Positions 20,829 to 29,256 of a stretch of DNA of 64,000 nt are shown in pieces (the stretch's first letter is position 1; the number at the start of each line of letters is the position of its first letter). The notes below the pieces were generated by a model. That model did no database searches. It was not told the origin of the DNA and was given only the letters and a program-made list of their open reading frames with translations. The position numbers and the translations under genes are program-made. Location: positions 3,475 to 67,474 of the forward strand of contig JAOZGX010000047.1 of NCBI GenBank assembly GCA_026015185.1, in the 5' to 3' direction. Source of the stretch: Candidatus Bathyarchaeota archaeon. GTDB taxonomy: Archaea; Thermoproteota; Bathyarchaeia; 40CM-2-53-6; RBG-13-38-9.

Positions 20829-21509
20829 TTATTTTATTTTTGGTGTTTCCAAAAATATTTCCTTATTTGCCATTTTAGCAATCTTAAGATTATTAGTGGT
20901 CAATAAGACCGTACGATCTCGTAAATGTTTAAGGCCTTTTAGAAATGGAATAAAGGTATTTATTGTTGGAGAATCAAGATTGGATACTGGCTCATCCAAG
21001 ATAAGAATTGGTGGATCCAAGATAAGTGCGCGAGCGATCTCAGTTTTTTTTCTTTCACCAGCACTGATTTCATTTGGTAGGAACTTGGATTTTTTTGATA
21101 TTCCAAAAAATTCCAGTAGCTCTTTAACTCGAGATTTCTGCTCAGAAAATGGAATCTTTTTTAGTAGCATTGGCAATTGGATGTTCTCATAAACAGTAAG
21201 ATCAGATATCAAAGTTGATGTTTGAAGAACTAATCCCATTTTTTCTAATCTTAGTCTTGTTATCTTTCTATCTCCAATTTTTGATAAATCTTGGCCAATA
21301 ACAGATATAACTCCCTCGCTCGGTTTTTCCAATCCTGTTAAAATATTTACTAGAGTAGTCTTTCCGGTTCCGCCCTCTCCAATAATTACAATAAAGTCTT
21401 TCTCATTTAAGCTGAAATTAAGACCATTAAAGAGACGCACAGCTAATCCATTCCTTTCGAACCTTTTATGCAGATTCTCAACATTGATCAGATATTCAAA
21501 ATCTTTCAT
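20829..21509 (-). CDS. ABC transporter ATP-binding protein, FtsE/LolD/MacB-like with degenerate motifs
   Basis: Walker A GEGGTGKTT and Walker B ILILDEP. The signature is the atypical SAGERKK, and an H-loop His is apparently absent (LLTTNN). Its stop overlaps the start of the downstream permease. Confidence 0.7.
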   Translation of the reverse strand: MKDFEYLINVENLHKRFERNGLAVRLFNGLNFSLNEKDFIVIIGEGGTGKTTLVNILTGLEKPSEGVISVIGQDLSKIGDRKITRLRLEKMGLVLQTSTLISDLTVYENIQLPMLLKKIPFSEQKSRVKELLEFFGISKKSKFLPNEISAGERKKTEIARALILDPPILILDEPVSNLDSPTINTFIPFLKGLKHLRDRTVLLTTNNLKIAKMANKEIFLETPKIK

Positions 21510-22000
21510 CGATTAAGCATCTCAGGAATATTCAATTTGGATATTTTTATCAGAGGGGATAGGCAACCAATTAAAGCTGAGATCATAACAAGAATCAATA
21601 CATCTATTATCAGCATCAATCTAGGTGCTACATTAAATAATATCATAAGAGCGATATTTCCGATAACAAATCCTATTATCGATCCTATTAAACCTATGAT
21701 TAGAGATTTGATAATAAAAAAGGTCCATAAAAAGAGCCTTTGGAATCCAATTGCACGAAAGATACTTATATCTCGGGTTCTTTGTGCAAATTCTGAATTC
21801 ATGCATAAGATAATCACACTTGTTATCAGCAATACAGCTGAAGCCATGAGAATATAATTTAATGATTGCATATTGAGCGTATTCAATTCTGTTGTAATCA
21901 CAATTAACAATACTATAGTACCTACATTCAATAATCCCAAAATTAGATTGGGAGATCGAATTTTGAATACCTGCCTAAAAATAAAAAGAAATGTGTTCAT
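21506..22000 (-). CDS. Minimal FtsX-like ABC permease domain (4 TM, no large extracytoplasmic domain)
   Basis: 164 aa. FtsX/MacB permease motif AQRTRDISIFRAIGF. Four predicted TM helices. Confidence 0.6.
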   Translation of the reverse strand: MNTFLFIFRQVFKIRSPNLILGLLNVGTIVLLIVITTELNTLNMQSLNYILMASAVLLITSVIILCMNSEFAQRTRDISIFRAIGFQRLFLWTFFIIKSLIIGLIGSIIGFVIGNIALMILFNVAPRLMLIIDVLILVMISALIGCLSPLIKISKLNIPEMLNR

Positions 22001-22007
22001 TTTATCA

Positions 22008-22490
22008 TCAACCCATACTGACGTCTTTAGTCAGTAATTTTAGGAAGTTTCCAGAATCTCTATTTCCATAGGTCTTTATGACAGGGGCAGTATATTCCAT
22101 CTTAACATTGAAGATTTTAAGTTTCGATATTGCCTCATTAATTTCAGCTTTATCTTTGCCTACTAGAAGAATTATGCTTTCAGGAGAGCCTAAAGAGCTT
22201 ATCACTTTCATTGTTTGAGGGATCGCCATAATTTTTTTGAGTATTTCTTCTCTCTCAGAGTTTGGTGGAAGAGTCAATCCTACATACATTTGTTCATTTA
22301 GGCCAAGTTTTTCAAAATCCAATTCCACAGTATAATCCTTAATTATTCCTTGCTTCTCCATTTTGTTTATTCTATATGCTACAACGTTTGGATGAAGGTT
22401 TAGTTTTTTGCCGATCTTAACAAGTGAGGTTTTAGAGTTCTCAATTAATTCAGACAAAATCTTTAAATCAATATAATCAATGAACTTCAT
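22008..22490 (-). CDS. Lrp/AsnC-family transcriptional regulator
   Basis: N-terminal HTH (DLKILSELIENSKTSLVKIGKKLNLHPNVVAYRI) plus a C-terminal RAM domain. 160 aa. Confidence 0.75.
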   Translation of the reverse strand: MKFIDYIDLKILSELIENSKTSLVKIGKKLNLHPNVVAYRINKMEKQGIIKDYTVELDFEKLGLNEQMYVGLTLPPNSEREEILKKIMAIPQTMKVISSLGSPESIILLVGKDKAEINEAISKLKIFNVKMEYTAPVIKTYGNRDSGNFLKLLTKDVSMG

Positions 22491-22505
22491 CTAATTACCC
22501 CCATA

Positions 22506-23645
22506 TTAAAGAGCTTTAAACTCCTCAAACCACTTCTCATAATGCCTGATAGTATTAGGAGAAATGCTTGGTTTTCTTCTCTTGAAAATTTCTGAGAAAT
22601 CATTCATGTCAATATATCTTGGAGCAGTATTCTTGTCTTCCGGATTGCCATTCTCAAATAGATCTCTTACCACTTTGATTTGAGCTGATTGAAAGATATC
22701 TCTTATATCGCTTCCAGAGTAGCCAGCAGTCATTTTTGAAAGTTCATTGAAATCAACATTGGGAGATATCTTAAGATTTTTTGAAAACAGCTTAAACATT
22801 TCTGATCTTGATATAGCATCAGGTAAAGGAACAAAGATCCTTTTCTGAAACCTTCTAATGAATGGGTGATCCAGTGCCCAAGGTTTATTGGTGGCACCTA
22901 TAACGTAAGAATGTGTAGATTGGTTTTTGTCCAAAATCCCGTCCATTTCTTTAAGAAATTGATTTCTCGCTCTAGCTTCGCCACCCACTTCACCAACACT
23001 ATATCTAACTAAAGAATCTATCTCATCAATGAAAATGATCGCTGGTTGATCATTAGTGCTTTTTTTCTTAGCATCTTTAAAAAGTTGTGCAACATTCTTT
23101 TCGGATTCACCAAGCCATTTTGACATTATTGAAGCTGCATCGACACAAAAGAAAGTTGCATCGATTTCGGTAGCAATAGCCGCAGCCAGTAATGTTTTTC
23201 CACAACCAGGAGGACCAAAAAACAATATACCTCCTGGCCACCCAAGTGGAAACAGATCAGGTCTTTTTGCAGGAAAAACTATTGATTCTTCTATAGCCTT
23301 TTTTGCTACTTTTAAATTAGCAATGTCGCTCCATCTAACGGAGGGCTTTTCGGTCAATACTAATTGATCAAATTTAGCTTTACCTTCATCAGAGGGTAAT
23401 AAAGTTGAGTCTTGACTTTCTGGTTGGCCACTTAAGGATTCAATCCTTTTTTTGTAAGACTCCACATGTTCCATGTATATTTTATTTTGAGGTGAATTCG
23501 GATATAGTGCACAAAGTTTCAGTAAAATTTCAATAGCCCTTTGAAATTTTGCAGTCGCTAATCCTCTGGAACCTTGTTGATCTAATTGAATAGCCTCTGA
23601 AGCATATTTGACAGCTAATTTTTCTAATTCTTCAGAAGCGGACAT
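22506..23645 (-). CDS. cdvC: CdvC / Vps4-like AAA+ ATPase with N-terminal MIT domain
   Basis: MIT-like helical N-terminus, Walker A GPPGCGKT, Walker B IIFIDEID and second region of homology. ATG at 23645 is preferred over the upstream GTG. Confidence 0.85.
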   Translation of the reverse strand: MSASEELEKLAVKYASEAIQLDQQGSRGLATAKFQRAIEILLKLCALYPNSPQNKIYMEHVESYKKRIESLSGQPESQDSTLLPSDEGKAKFDQLVLTEKPSVRWSDIANLKVAKKAIEESIVFPAKRPDLFPLGWPGGILFFGPPGCGKTLLAAAIATEIDATFFCVDAASIMSKWLGESEKNVAQLFKDAKKKSTNDQPAIIFIDEIDSLVRYSVGEVGGEARARNQFLKEMDGILDKNQSTHSYVIGATNKPWALDHPFIRRFQKRIFVPLPDAISRSEMFKLFSKNLKISPNVDFNELSKMTAGYSGSDIRDIFQSAQIKVVRDLFENGNPEDKNTAPRYIDMNDFSEIFKRRKPSISPNTIRHYEKWFEEFKAL

Positions 23646-23678
23646 AAACACCACAAGACCATTTTTTATTCAAGCTTA

Positions 23679-24233
23679 TTATTCGATTATCACTTTTCCT
23701 TCCTTTTTCAGGTAATCTACCGCTCTTTTCACATCCTCTGGAGTAACTTCTAACCAAGAGGCACATTCTGTAATGCTTAAATCACCTTTACGTTCTTTCA
23801 GATAATCATAAACTCGCTCATACAATGGCAATGCTTCTCCATCCGTTGTTAAAGCTACAGGTTCAGGTTTGTTTGACTCTTTGGAGAATGTTGGGAAATC
23901 TGGTATATCGGGGAATTGTTCTTTAATTCTCTGTTCAGCAAGTATATTTGATTCTTCTAAAACCTTTTTTGCTTCTTGATTTGCAGCAACTTCCTCAATA
24001 TTTCTTACCGATGGTACAGCTGCTTCGGTACTTAACTCGTTTAGCATAGAGTTGACATCTTCAATACCACTAGCCACTTCGGGAACAAAATCTGAAATCC
24101 TATTTTCAGTTTCTTTTAAAATGCTCATTACTGGGTTTAGATTTGTCAGAACGTCTTTAAATTCGGAAATCCTTTGAAGTCTAATAACAACCTTTTCTAA
24201 AGAAAGCTGACTACTTATTGCTAGTTTTACCAT
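23679..24233 (-). CDS. cdvB: CdvB paralog (ESCRT-III) with MIM2-like motif and C-terminal winged-helix-like domain; real N-terminus encoded upstream (to about 24446) without canonical start
   Basis: The annotated ORF starts mid-Snf7 domain. The upstream in-frame sequence encodes ...LKDKLSQVIYQLNDQ...AKIYANECAEIRK, contiguous with MVKLAISSQ. The C-terminus contains FPDIPDFP and LSITECASWLEVTPEDVKRAVDYLKKEG. Confidence 0.6.
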   Translation of the reverse strand: MVKLAISSQLSLEKVVIRLQRISEFKDVLTNLNPVMSILKETENRISDFVPEVASGIEDVNSMLNELSTEAAVPSVRNIEEVAANQEAKKVLEESNILAEQRIKEQFPDIPDFPTFSKESNKPEPVALTTDGEALPLYERVYDYLKERKGDLSITECASWLEVTPEDVKRAVDYLKKEGKVIIE

Positions 24234-24465
24234 TTTCCGTATTTCTGCACATTCATTCGCATAGATTTTTGCATGTGAAAAATCCTTAGTAACTTGAGCG
24301 CCTACACACTTTTGGAGGATTTCTTTGTCTCTTTGCTTAAGTTTTGATATAGAGTTTTCTAGGTTTTCTAATTGATCATTGAGCTGGTAAATTACCTGCG
24401 ATAATTTATCTTTAAGAGATTTAGAGGGGAGAATCTTTCCCTTTATCCTCTCGAGGATTGAAATC

Positions 24466-25458
24466 TCAAAAATCCTCCCTTATTTTAACTATAATTTTAT
24501 CTTTTGGTTCATCTGAAGTTGTTTGGGTTTCTTCTTCCTCAATGGTTGAAGAAGTCATGTCGTCTTTTGGTTCTTCTGAAGTGGCCTGGGTTTCTTCTTC
24601 ATCTATGGTTTCTTCTTTATCCGTGGTTTCTTCTTCTTCCTCTTCTTCTTCCTCTGTTGAAGTTACATCATCCTTTAATTCTTCGTCATCCGTGGTTTTT
24701 TCTTCATCCATGCTTGTAGAGGTCATGTATTCCTTTGATTCATCTAAAGTTGTTTGGGTTTCTTCTTCCTCAATGGTTGAAGAAGTCATGTCGTCTTTTG
24801 GTTCTTCTGAAGTGGCCTGGGTTTCTTCTTCCTCTGTTGTTGAAATAACTACCTTAGTTTCGTCAAAGCTAATAATTTCTTTAGAAATGTCATCAATCTT
24901 ATTTTTCTCTTTTAGTGCACTCTCAATATGCTTTTGGATGATTTCTTGACAAGGTTTGAATGTCACCTCGTCCATTTCTCCCGAATGAAATTGCATTTTA
25001 TTATTGGCAAAAATAATTTGAAGTTCATTTATTTTATTGATCAGATCTTCCTTTCTCTTTTCTGCTTTTTCTAAAATATTTTCACGCGACTCTTTTATTT
25101 TTGAAAATGAGCTTTCATAATTGCTTTTCAATGATTTATAGAATTCTTCACGTATTTCTCCAGATTTATAAAGTTCATCTAGTGCATTGATTCTCTTTCT
25201 CAAAGTATTAAGCTGTCTTAGTATCCCTTTTGCCTCTTTTTCCCATGGCGGCAGGCAAATAATTCGCCCTTGCTCAATAGCCACTTGATTTATAGGGTAC
25301 TCAATGAATTCGCCTTTTCCTGATAGTGTCTTAATGGATTCAGCTTTATTATTAGCATCTAACTCAAGATTAATTATCTTGCCTATTGTTCTTCCGTAGG
25401 CATCAAAAACAGACTCGCCTAAGTATTTCTTAATTTCTTCCAAATTTTTTTCCTCCAA
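24466..25458 (-). CDS. CdvA-like paralog with long acidic Thr/Glu-rich repetitive C-terminal tail
   Basis: N-terminal PRC-barrel-like region plus coiled coil, homologous to 19545-20162 (IICLPPWEKEAKGILRQLNTLRKRINALDE vs IVIIPEWKIQAEQMIKELNTFRSRMDALE). Then about 130 aa of TTEEEETQ(A/T)TS(E/D)EPKDDMTSS repeats. Confidence 0.6.
   Translation of the reverse strand: MEEKNLEEIKKYLGESVFDAYGRTIGKIINLELDANNKAESIKTLSGKGEFIEYPINQVAIEQGRIICLPPWEKEAKGILRQLNTLRKRINALDELYKSGEIREEFYKSLKSNYESSFSKIKESRENILEKAEKRKEDLINKINELQIIFANNKMQFHSGEMDEVTFKPCQEIIQKHIESALKEKNKIDDISKEIISFDETKVVISTTEEEETQATSEEPKDDMTSSTIEEEETQTTLDESKEYMTSTSMDEEKTTDDEELKDDVTSTEEEEEEEEETTDKEETIDEEETQATSEEPKDDMTSSTIEEEETQTTSDEPKDKIIVKIREDF
24500..24600. 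repeat. Direct repeat copy 1 (~100 bp, ~95% identical to 24731-24831) inside the CdvA-like tail coding region
   Basis: catctgaagttgtttgggtttcttcttcctcaatggttgaagaagtcatgtcgtcttttggttcttctgaagtggcctgggtttcttcttc recurs with 2-3 substitutions. Confidence 0.85.
24731..24831. repeat. Direct repeat copy 2
   Basis: See copy 1. This encodes the repeated peptide KDDMTSSTIEEEETQTT. Confidence 0.85.
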
Positions 25459-25474
25459 TTTTATTTTTTTAATA

Positions 25475-26143
25475 TCAGGTTTGTGATTGTTCTCTGGTTC
25501 TATAATCCGAGGCTTGAGTGGAATCTGATTCCATAGATGTAAAGTCTGGGAATTTCTCTTTCACTCTCTGCTCAGCCACTGTTTCAGCCTCGCCTAAAAT
25601 TTTGCTAGCTTCTGAGCTTGGTGCTTCTGTATTAATATCTTGACCAGTGGCTTCACCTATCTCAACTACCATACCATTGAGTGTCTCCCCAATATCATCA
25701 AGTTCATAGGACATTTCAGGCATTATACCACTGATTTGTGTCTTCACAGATCTCACGACTTCGGTAACAGGTCCCATTAAAGCAGCAAATTCTCCAAATT
25801 CACGAATTGTTTCTAATCTTAATGATACTTGTTCTAAGGCAAGTTGACTCCTAAGAGTTATTGCAGCCATCTTTCTTACTTCAGCACACTCATTAGCGTA
25901 CATGGCAGCTCGAGCAGAGTCTTTTGTCATTTGGGATGAGACACATTTATCAAATAATTCTCTGTCGTGTCGTTGCATCCTCATTACAGCATTTTCTAGC
26001 TTATTTTGTTGAGTTCGTAACCGGTAAATAGTTTTCGAAATTTTTTCCTTAAGACTCGGTTGCTGCTGTAGTATACCTGAGAATTTTATATTAACGGGTG
26101 GACTTTCATCTTTATCCCAGTTTTTTATCCTATTACTTGGCAA
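25475..26143 (-). CDS. cdvB: CdvB (ESCRT-III/Snf7 family)
   Basis: Snf7 core (MYANECAEVRKM, LALEQVSLRLETIREFGE) and a C-terminal FPDF motif. 222 aa. Confidence 0.8.
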   Translation of the reverse strand: MPSNRIKNWDKDESPPVNIKFSGILQQQPSLKEKISKTIYRLRTQQNKLENAVMRMQRHDRELFDKCVSSQMTKDSARAAMYANECAEVRKMAAITLRSQLALEQVSLRLETIREFGEFAALMGPVTEVVRSVKTQISGIMPEMSYELDDIGETLNGMVVEIGEATGQDINTEAPSSEASKILGEAETVAEQRVKEKFPDFTSMESDSTQASDYRTREQSQT

Positions 26144-26398
26144 TTTAATTCCTCAATTTGTGATTCTCATGAATAGTTTTTGATAAATACAAAAAATACG
26201 GCAGAATCCTTTAAGATTAATAAAAGGAATATGTAAAAAACTAAGAAAATAACTAGAAGATTTCTCATAATTTCGTCTTAAATAGACTAGCCTAAGTGTT
26301 GGTTGAAAAAGAGCCAGATTGTCTTATTCAATAATAAAACTTAAGTAAAACTCAAGTAGGCTATGAATCTTGAAAGAGTGCGTATTCAAGGAATGCAA

Positions 26399-26406
26399 GG
26401 AGGTGA
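26399..26406 (+). promoter_or_regulatory. Shine-Dalgarno-like GGAGGTGA upstream of alba
   Basis: GGAGGTGA lies 6 nt before the ATG at 26413. Confidence 0.5.
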
Positions 26407-26412
26407 AATTGC

Positions 26413-26751
26413 ATGTCTGAAAGTTCAAATGATACAGAGAAAGAGGCAGAAGTAGCACCAAAAGCAAGAACTCCTATCCCCCCAGACACCATACTAATAG
26501 GTAGCAAGCCAGTCATGGCCTATGCAACGGCTGTTATGATGCATTTCCATGGAGGTAGGAATACCTTAACTATTAAAGCCAGAGGTAGAGCCATTAGCAG
26601 AGCAGTCGATGTAGTCGAAGTTGTACGAAGGAGGTTCTTTGGAGGTAAATTAGCAGTCAAAGATGTACAAATTGGAACCCAAGCTCTAGGTGAGGGCGGA
26701 GACGTAAGGAACGTATCTACAATAGAAATCAAAGTGGAGAAAAAAGATTAA
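26413..26751 (+). CDS. albA: Alba DNA/RNA-binding chromatin protein
   Basis: 112 aa with Alba core (IGSKPVMAYATAVMMHFHGG..TIKARGRAISRAVDVVEVVRRRF). Confidence 0.85.
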   Translation: MSESSNDTEKEAEVAPKARTPIPPDTILIGSKPVMAYATAVMMHFHGGRNTLTIKARGRAISRAVDVVEVVRRRFFGGKLAVKDVQIGTQALGEGGDVRNVSTIEIKVEKKD

Positions 26752-26995
26752 ATCGAAAATATTTAATGCGAAGAATTTAACTCGTCGTTAATCGAAACTC
26801 CCATTTGAAATTTTTTTCCTTTATTTTTTCACTATTAAAAGCGCAGATCAAAGCTATTCTAACATCATAGGCTAATTCTGCATCTCTACTTGCACACTAT
26901 TCATTTTTTAACTCAGCGTGAGCGTTAAACTATAAATAAATGATGCCTACAGTCTTTACTAATTCAAATTTGCAGTTCAGGATGGTAAGAAACAA

Positions 26996-27991
26996 ATGCC
27001 AAAAAAAAAGGTTAAAGTAGCTGTTGCTGGGCTCGGATTCGTTGGTGGTCAAGCTCATGCTCCTGCATTCAAAAAAATTACAAATGCAGATTTAGTTGCT
27101 GTAATAGATGTGATAGAAGAAAGTGCACAAAAATTTGCTTCAAAATATAATATAAAATATTATTTGGATCATAATGAAGCGCTTAAAGATCCTGAGATCG
27201 ATGCTGTAGTAGTAGCTGTTCCCACTCCTTTTCACTTCCAGATAGTTACAGATTGTATAGCTAATGGTAAGCATGTACTTTGTGAAATGCCTTTAACGCC
27301 AACTGTAGATCAGTCTAAGAAATTAGGAAATGATGCAAAAAAGGCTGGAGTAATATTGATGCCTGATCTGAATTTTAGATTTACGCCAAACTATGTCAAA
27401 GCAAAAGAGTTAATCCTACAGGGAGCTATTGGAAATCCTATAACGATTAATTTCAGTGAATTTATTCCAGCAAAAGATTTGGCAAAACAATGGCCATCTG
27501 GATCATGGGCTTGGGATATTGAAAAAAGTGGAGGATACCCAGATTTTACACTTTCAGTCTGGTCTATTGATTTGGCAAGATGGATAACTGATGCTGAGAT
27601 TAATGATGTTGATTGGTTTTCAAATTATTCGCCGTTGGAAGGAATCGAAAATTATCGTGGATATAATACAACAGGCATTATAAAATTATCAAATGGAGCA
27701 GTCGGAACCTTGCATTACTGTGCAACGGTTGCATCAGGATTAGGAACTAGTAGATTGGAGATTTTTGGCGATAATACTAATGTTCTGGAGGCAAAATGGA
27801 ACAATCATCTAAAAATATCAGGAGCATCATCAGAATTAGAATGGAATTTCAAAGAAAAAGGTACTAGAGTCTGGGGTCACTATCAGATCGATTCGCATTT
27901 TGTGGATTGTATCCTGCAAAAAAAGAAACCGGAAGTAACAGTTGAGGATGCTGTTAAGGCGCAAACCATAGCTTCTAAAATGATAAAATAA
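26996..27991 (+). CDS. Gfo/Idh/MocA-family NAD(P)-dependent oxidoreductase
   Basis: N-terminal Rossmann fold VAVAGLGFVGGQAHAPA and the family architecture. 331 aa. Confidence 0.7.
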   Translation: MPKKKVKVAVAGLGFVGGQAHAPAFKKITNADLVAVIDVIEESAQKFASKYNIKYYLDHNEALKDPEIDAVVVAVPTPFHFQIVTDCIANGKHVLCEMPLTPTVDQSKKLGNDAKKAGVILMPDLNFRFTPNYVKAKELILQGAIGNPITINFSEFIPAKDLAKQWPSGSWAWDIEKSGGYPDFTLSVWSIDLARWITDAEINDVDWFSNYSPLEGIENYRGYNTTGIIKLSNGAVGTLHYCATVASGLGTSRLEIFGDNTNVLEAKWNNHLKISGASSELEWNFKEKGTRVWGHYQIDSHFVDCILQKKKPEVTVEDAVKAQTIASKMIK

Positions 27992-28014
27992 ATTAAAATT
28001 TTAAACACTAAGCG

Positions 28015-28554
28015 CTAGAAGATAGAGTATGACTTTCGAATGTCTTCTGGTGCCTCAATTACTTTGATTCCTTTCATGCCCTTCAATTTTTCTGTGTTCT
28101 CGATATCTATATCTCTCATAATGAGTGTTTTTTCTTCACCTGTAGGTAGTAGAGTAGTTGTTTTACCAGGTTTTTGATCTACTGGTAGAATTATTATTTC
28201 TATACCTCCCTTTTGAGCTTGAGCTACTGCATTAGTTATCAAAGTATCTGCTATTCCATGTACTATTTTTGCCACAGTATTTGCTGTCGCAGGAGCTACT
28301 AGTAAACTATTATACTTACCAACCTGCAAAGGTCCAGCAATAAATGGGCTATTTGCATTGTATTCGAATAACACTCTTTTAGATATCTTCTCAATGCGTT
28401 CGCTTAACTTATACCAATTTACAACCATCTTGGCAGCTTTGGATAGACAAGTTGTTATCTCTACTTTACCTGTATCAACCAATTTCTCTAATTCTTCAGT
28501 AACCTCTGGTAGTAAATCGCCGGAACCTGTTATTCCCCATACTATCTTTATCAT
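28015..28554 (-). CDS. Flavoprotein (HFCD/archaeoflavoprotein-like)
   Basis: 179 aa with a Rossmann-like flavoprotein fold (IVWGITGSGD...LVAPATANTVAKI), typical of the Flavoprotein family. Confidence 0.55.
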   Translation of the reverse strand: MIKIVWGITGSGDLLPEVTEELEKLVDTGKVEITTCLSKAAKMVVNWYKLSERIEKISKRVLFEYNANSPFIAGPLQVGKYNSLLVAPATANTVAKIVHGIADTLITNAVAQAQKGGIEIIILPVDQKPGKTTTLLPTGEEKTLIMRDIDIENTEKLKGMKGIKVIEAPEDIRKSYSIF

Positions 28555-28572
28555 TAAGAAGATCCCATTCCA

Positions 28573-29181
28573 TTAACTTTTCATTATTTCCAACATCTTG
28601 GCTAATCTATCGACCATTTTATAGATGCTTTTTAATCCTACTGAATCTTCTTTTGCACCTTCTACCATTTTGTCTTTTGACCAAATTGTGCCTCCCAAAT
28701 TCGCTCCAAAAGCGCCACCACCGACAGGTATCATTTCGTTTATTATAAAAAAATCCATTATTGTCTTAATAGAAGGTTCTTGACCTCCTACGCGATCGCC
28801 ACCAACGGCTATCGCACCTCCGATCTTATTCTTTAATATGCTAGGATTTTTTGCAGATATCGCCCTACAACGATCAAGAATAGTTTTTGTCTGTGCACTT
28901 AGATTTCCCTGATAAACGGGTGTACCGATTATCCATGCATTAGCATTCTCCATCATTGAATAAATTTTCGCAAGATCGTCTTTGAAAACACAGCCTTTCT
29001 TTGTTTTTACACAATGGTCACAATGAATACAAAATTTTACTTCCTTACCAGCTACTGTAAAATATTCCGTTCTTAAATTATGTTTGTCCTCTGCCCATTT
29101 CAAAGCAGCTTTTACCACAAAATCTGTGGAAGCTATACGAGGACTTCCACAAATGCCTAAAAGGAGCATCTTATTTTCCAT
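28573..29181 (-). CDS. Iron-sulfur flavoprotein (Isf) / NADPH-dependent FMN reductase family
   Basis: FMN-reductase fold (LLLGICGSPR) and a compact Cys motif (CIHCDHCVKTKKGC). Confidence 0.65.
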   Translation of the reverse strand: MENKMLLLGICGSPRIASTDFVVKAALKWAEDKHNLRTEYFTVAGKEVKFCIHCDHCVKTKKGCVFKDDLAKIYSMMENANAWIIGTPVYQGNLSAQTKTILDRCRAISAKNPSILKNKIGGAIAVGGDRVGGQEPSIKTIMDFFIINEMIPVGGGAFGANLGGTIWSKDKMVEGAKEDSVGLKSIYKMVDRLAKMLEIMKS

Positions 29182-29256
29182 AAAGAACTATTCCTTTTAT
29201 TTAGAACAAGTTCGACTATTATTTCAGATTACAAAATTTCCTATCTATCCATTACA

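Noticed and set aside
24458-24949. 163-aa Ser-rich ORF (SSSSMVEEVMSSFGSSEVAWVSSSS...) on the + strand
   Set aside because: It is the antisense reading of the acidic Thr/Glu repeat tail of the CdvA-like gene. Low complexity, no start context, and fully embedded in a confidently called gene.
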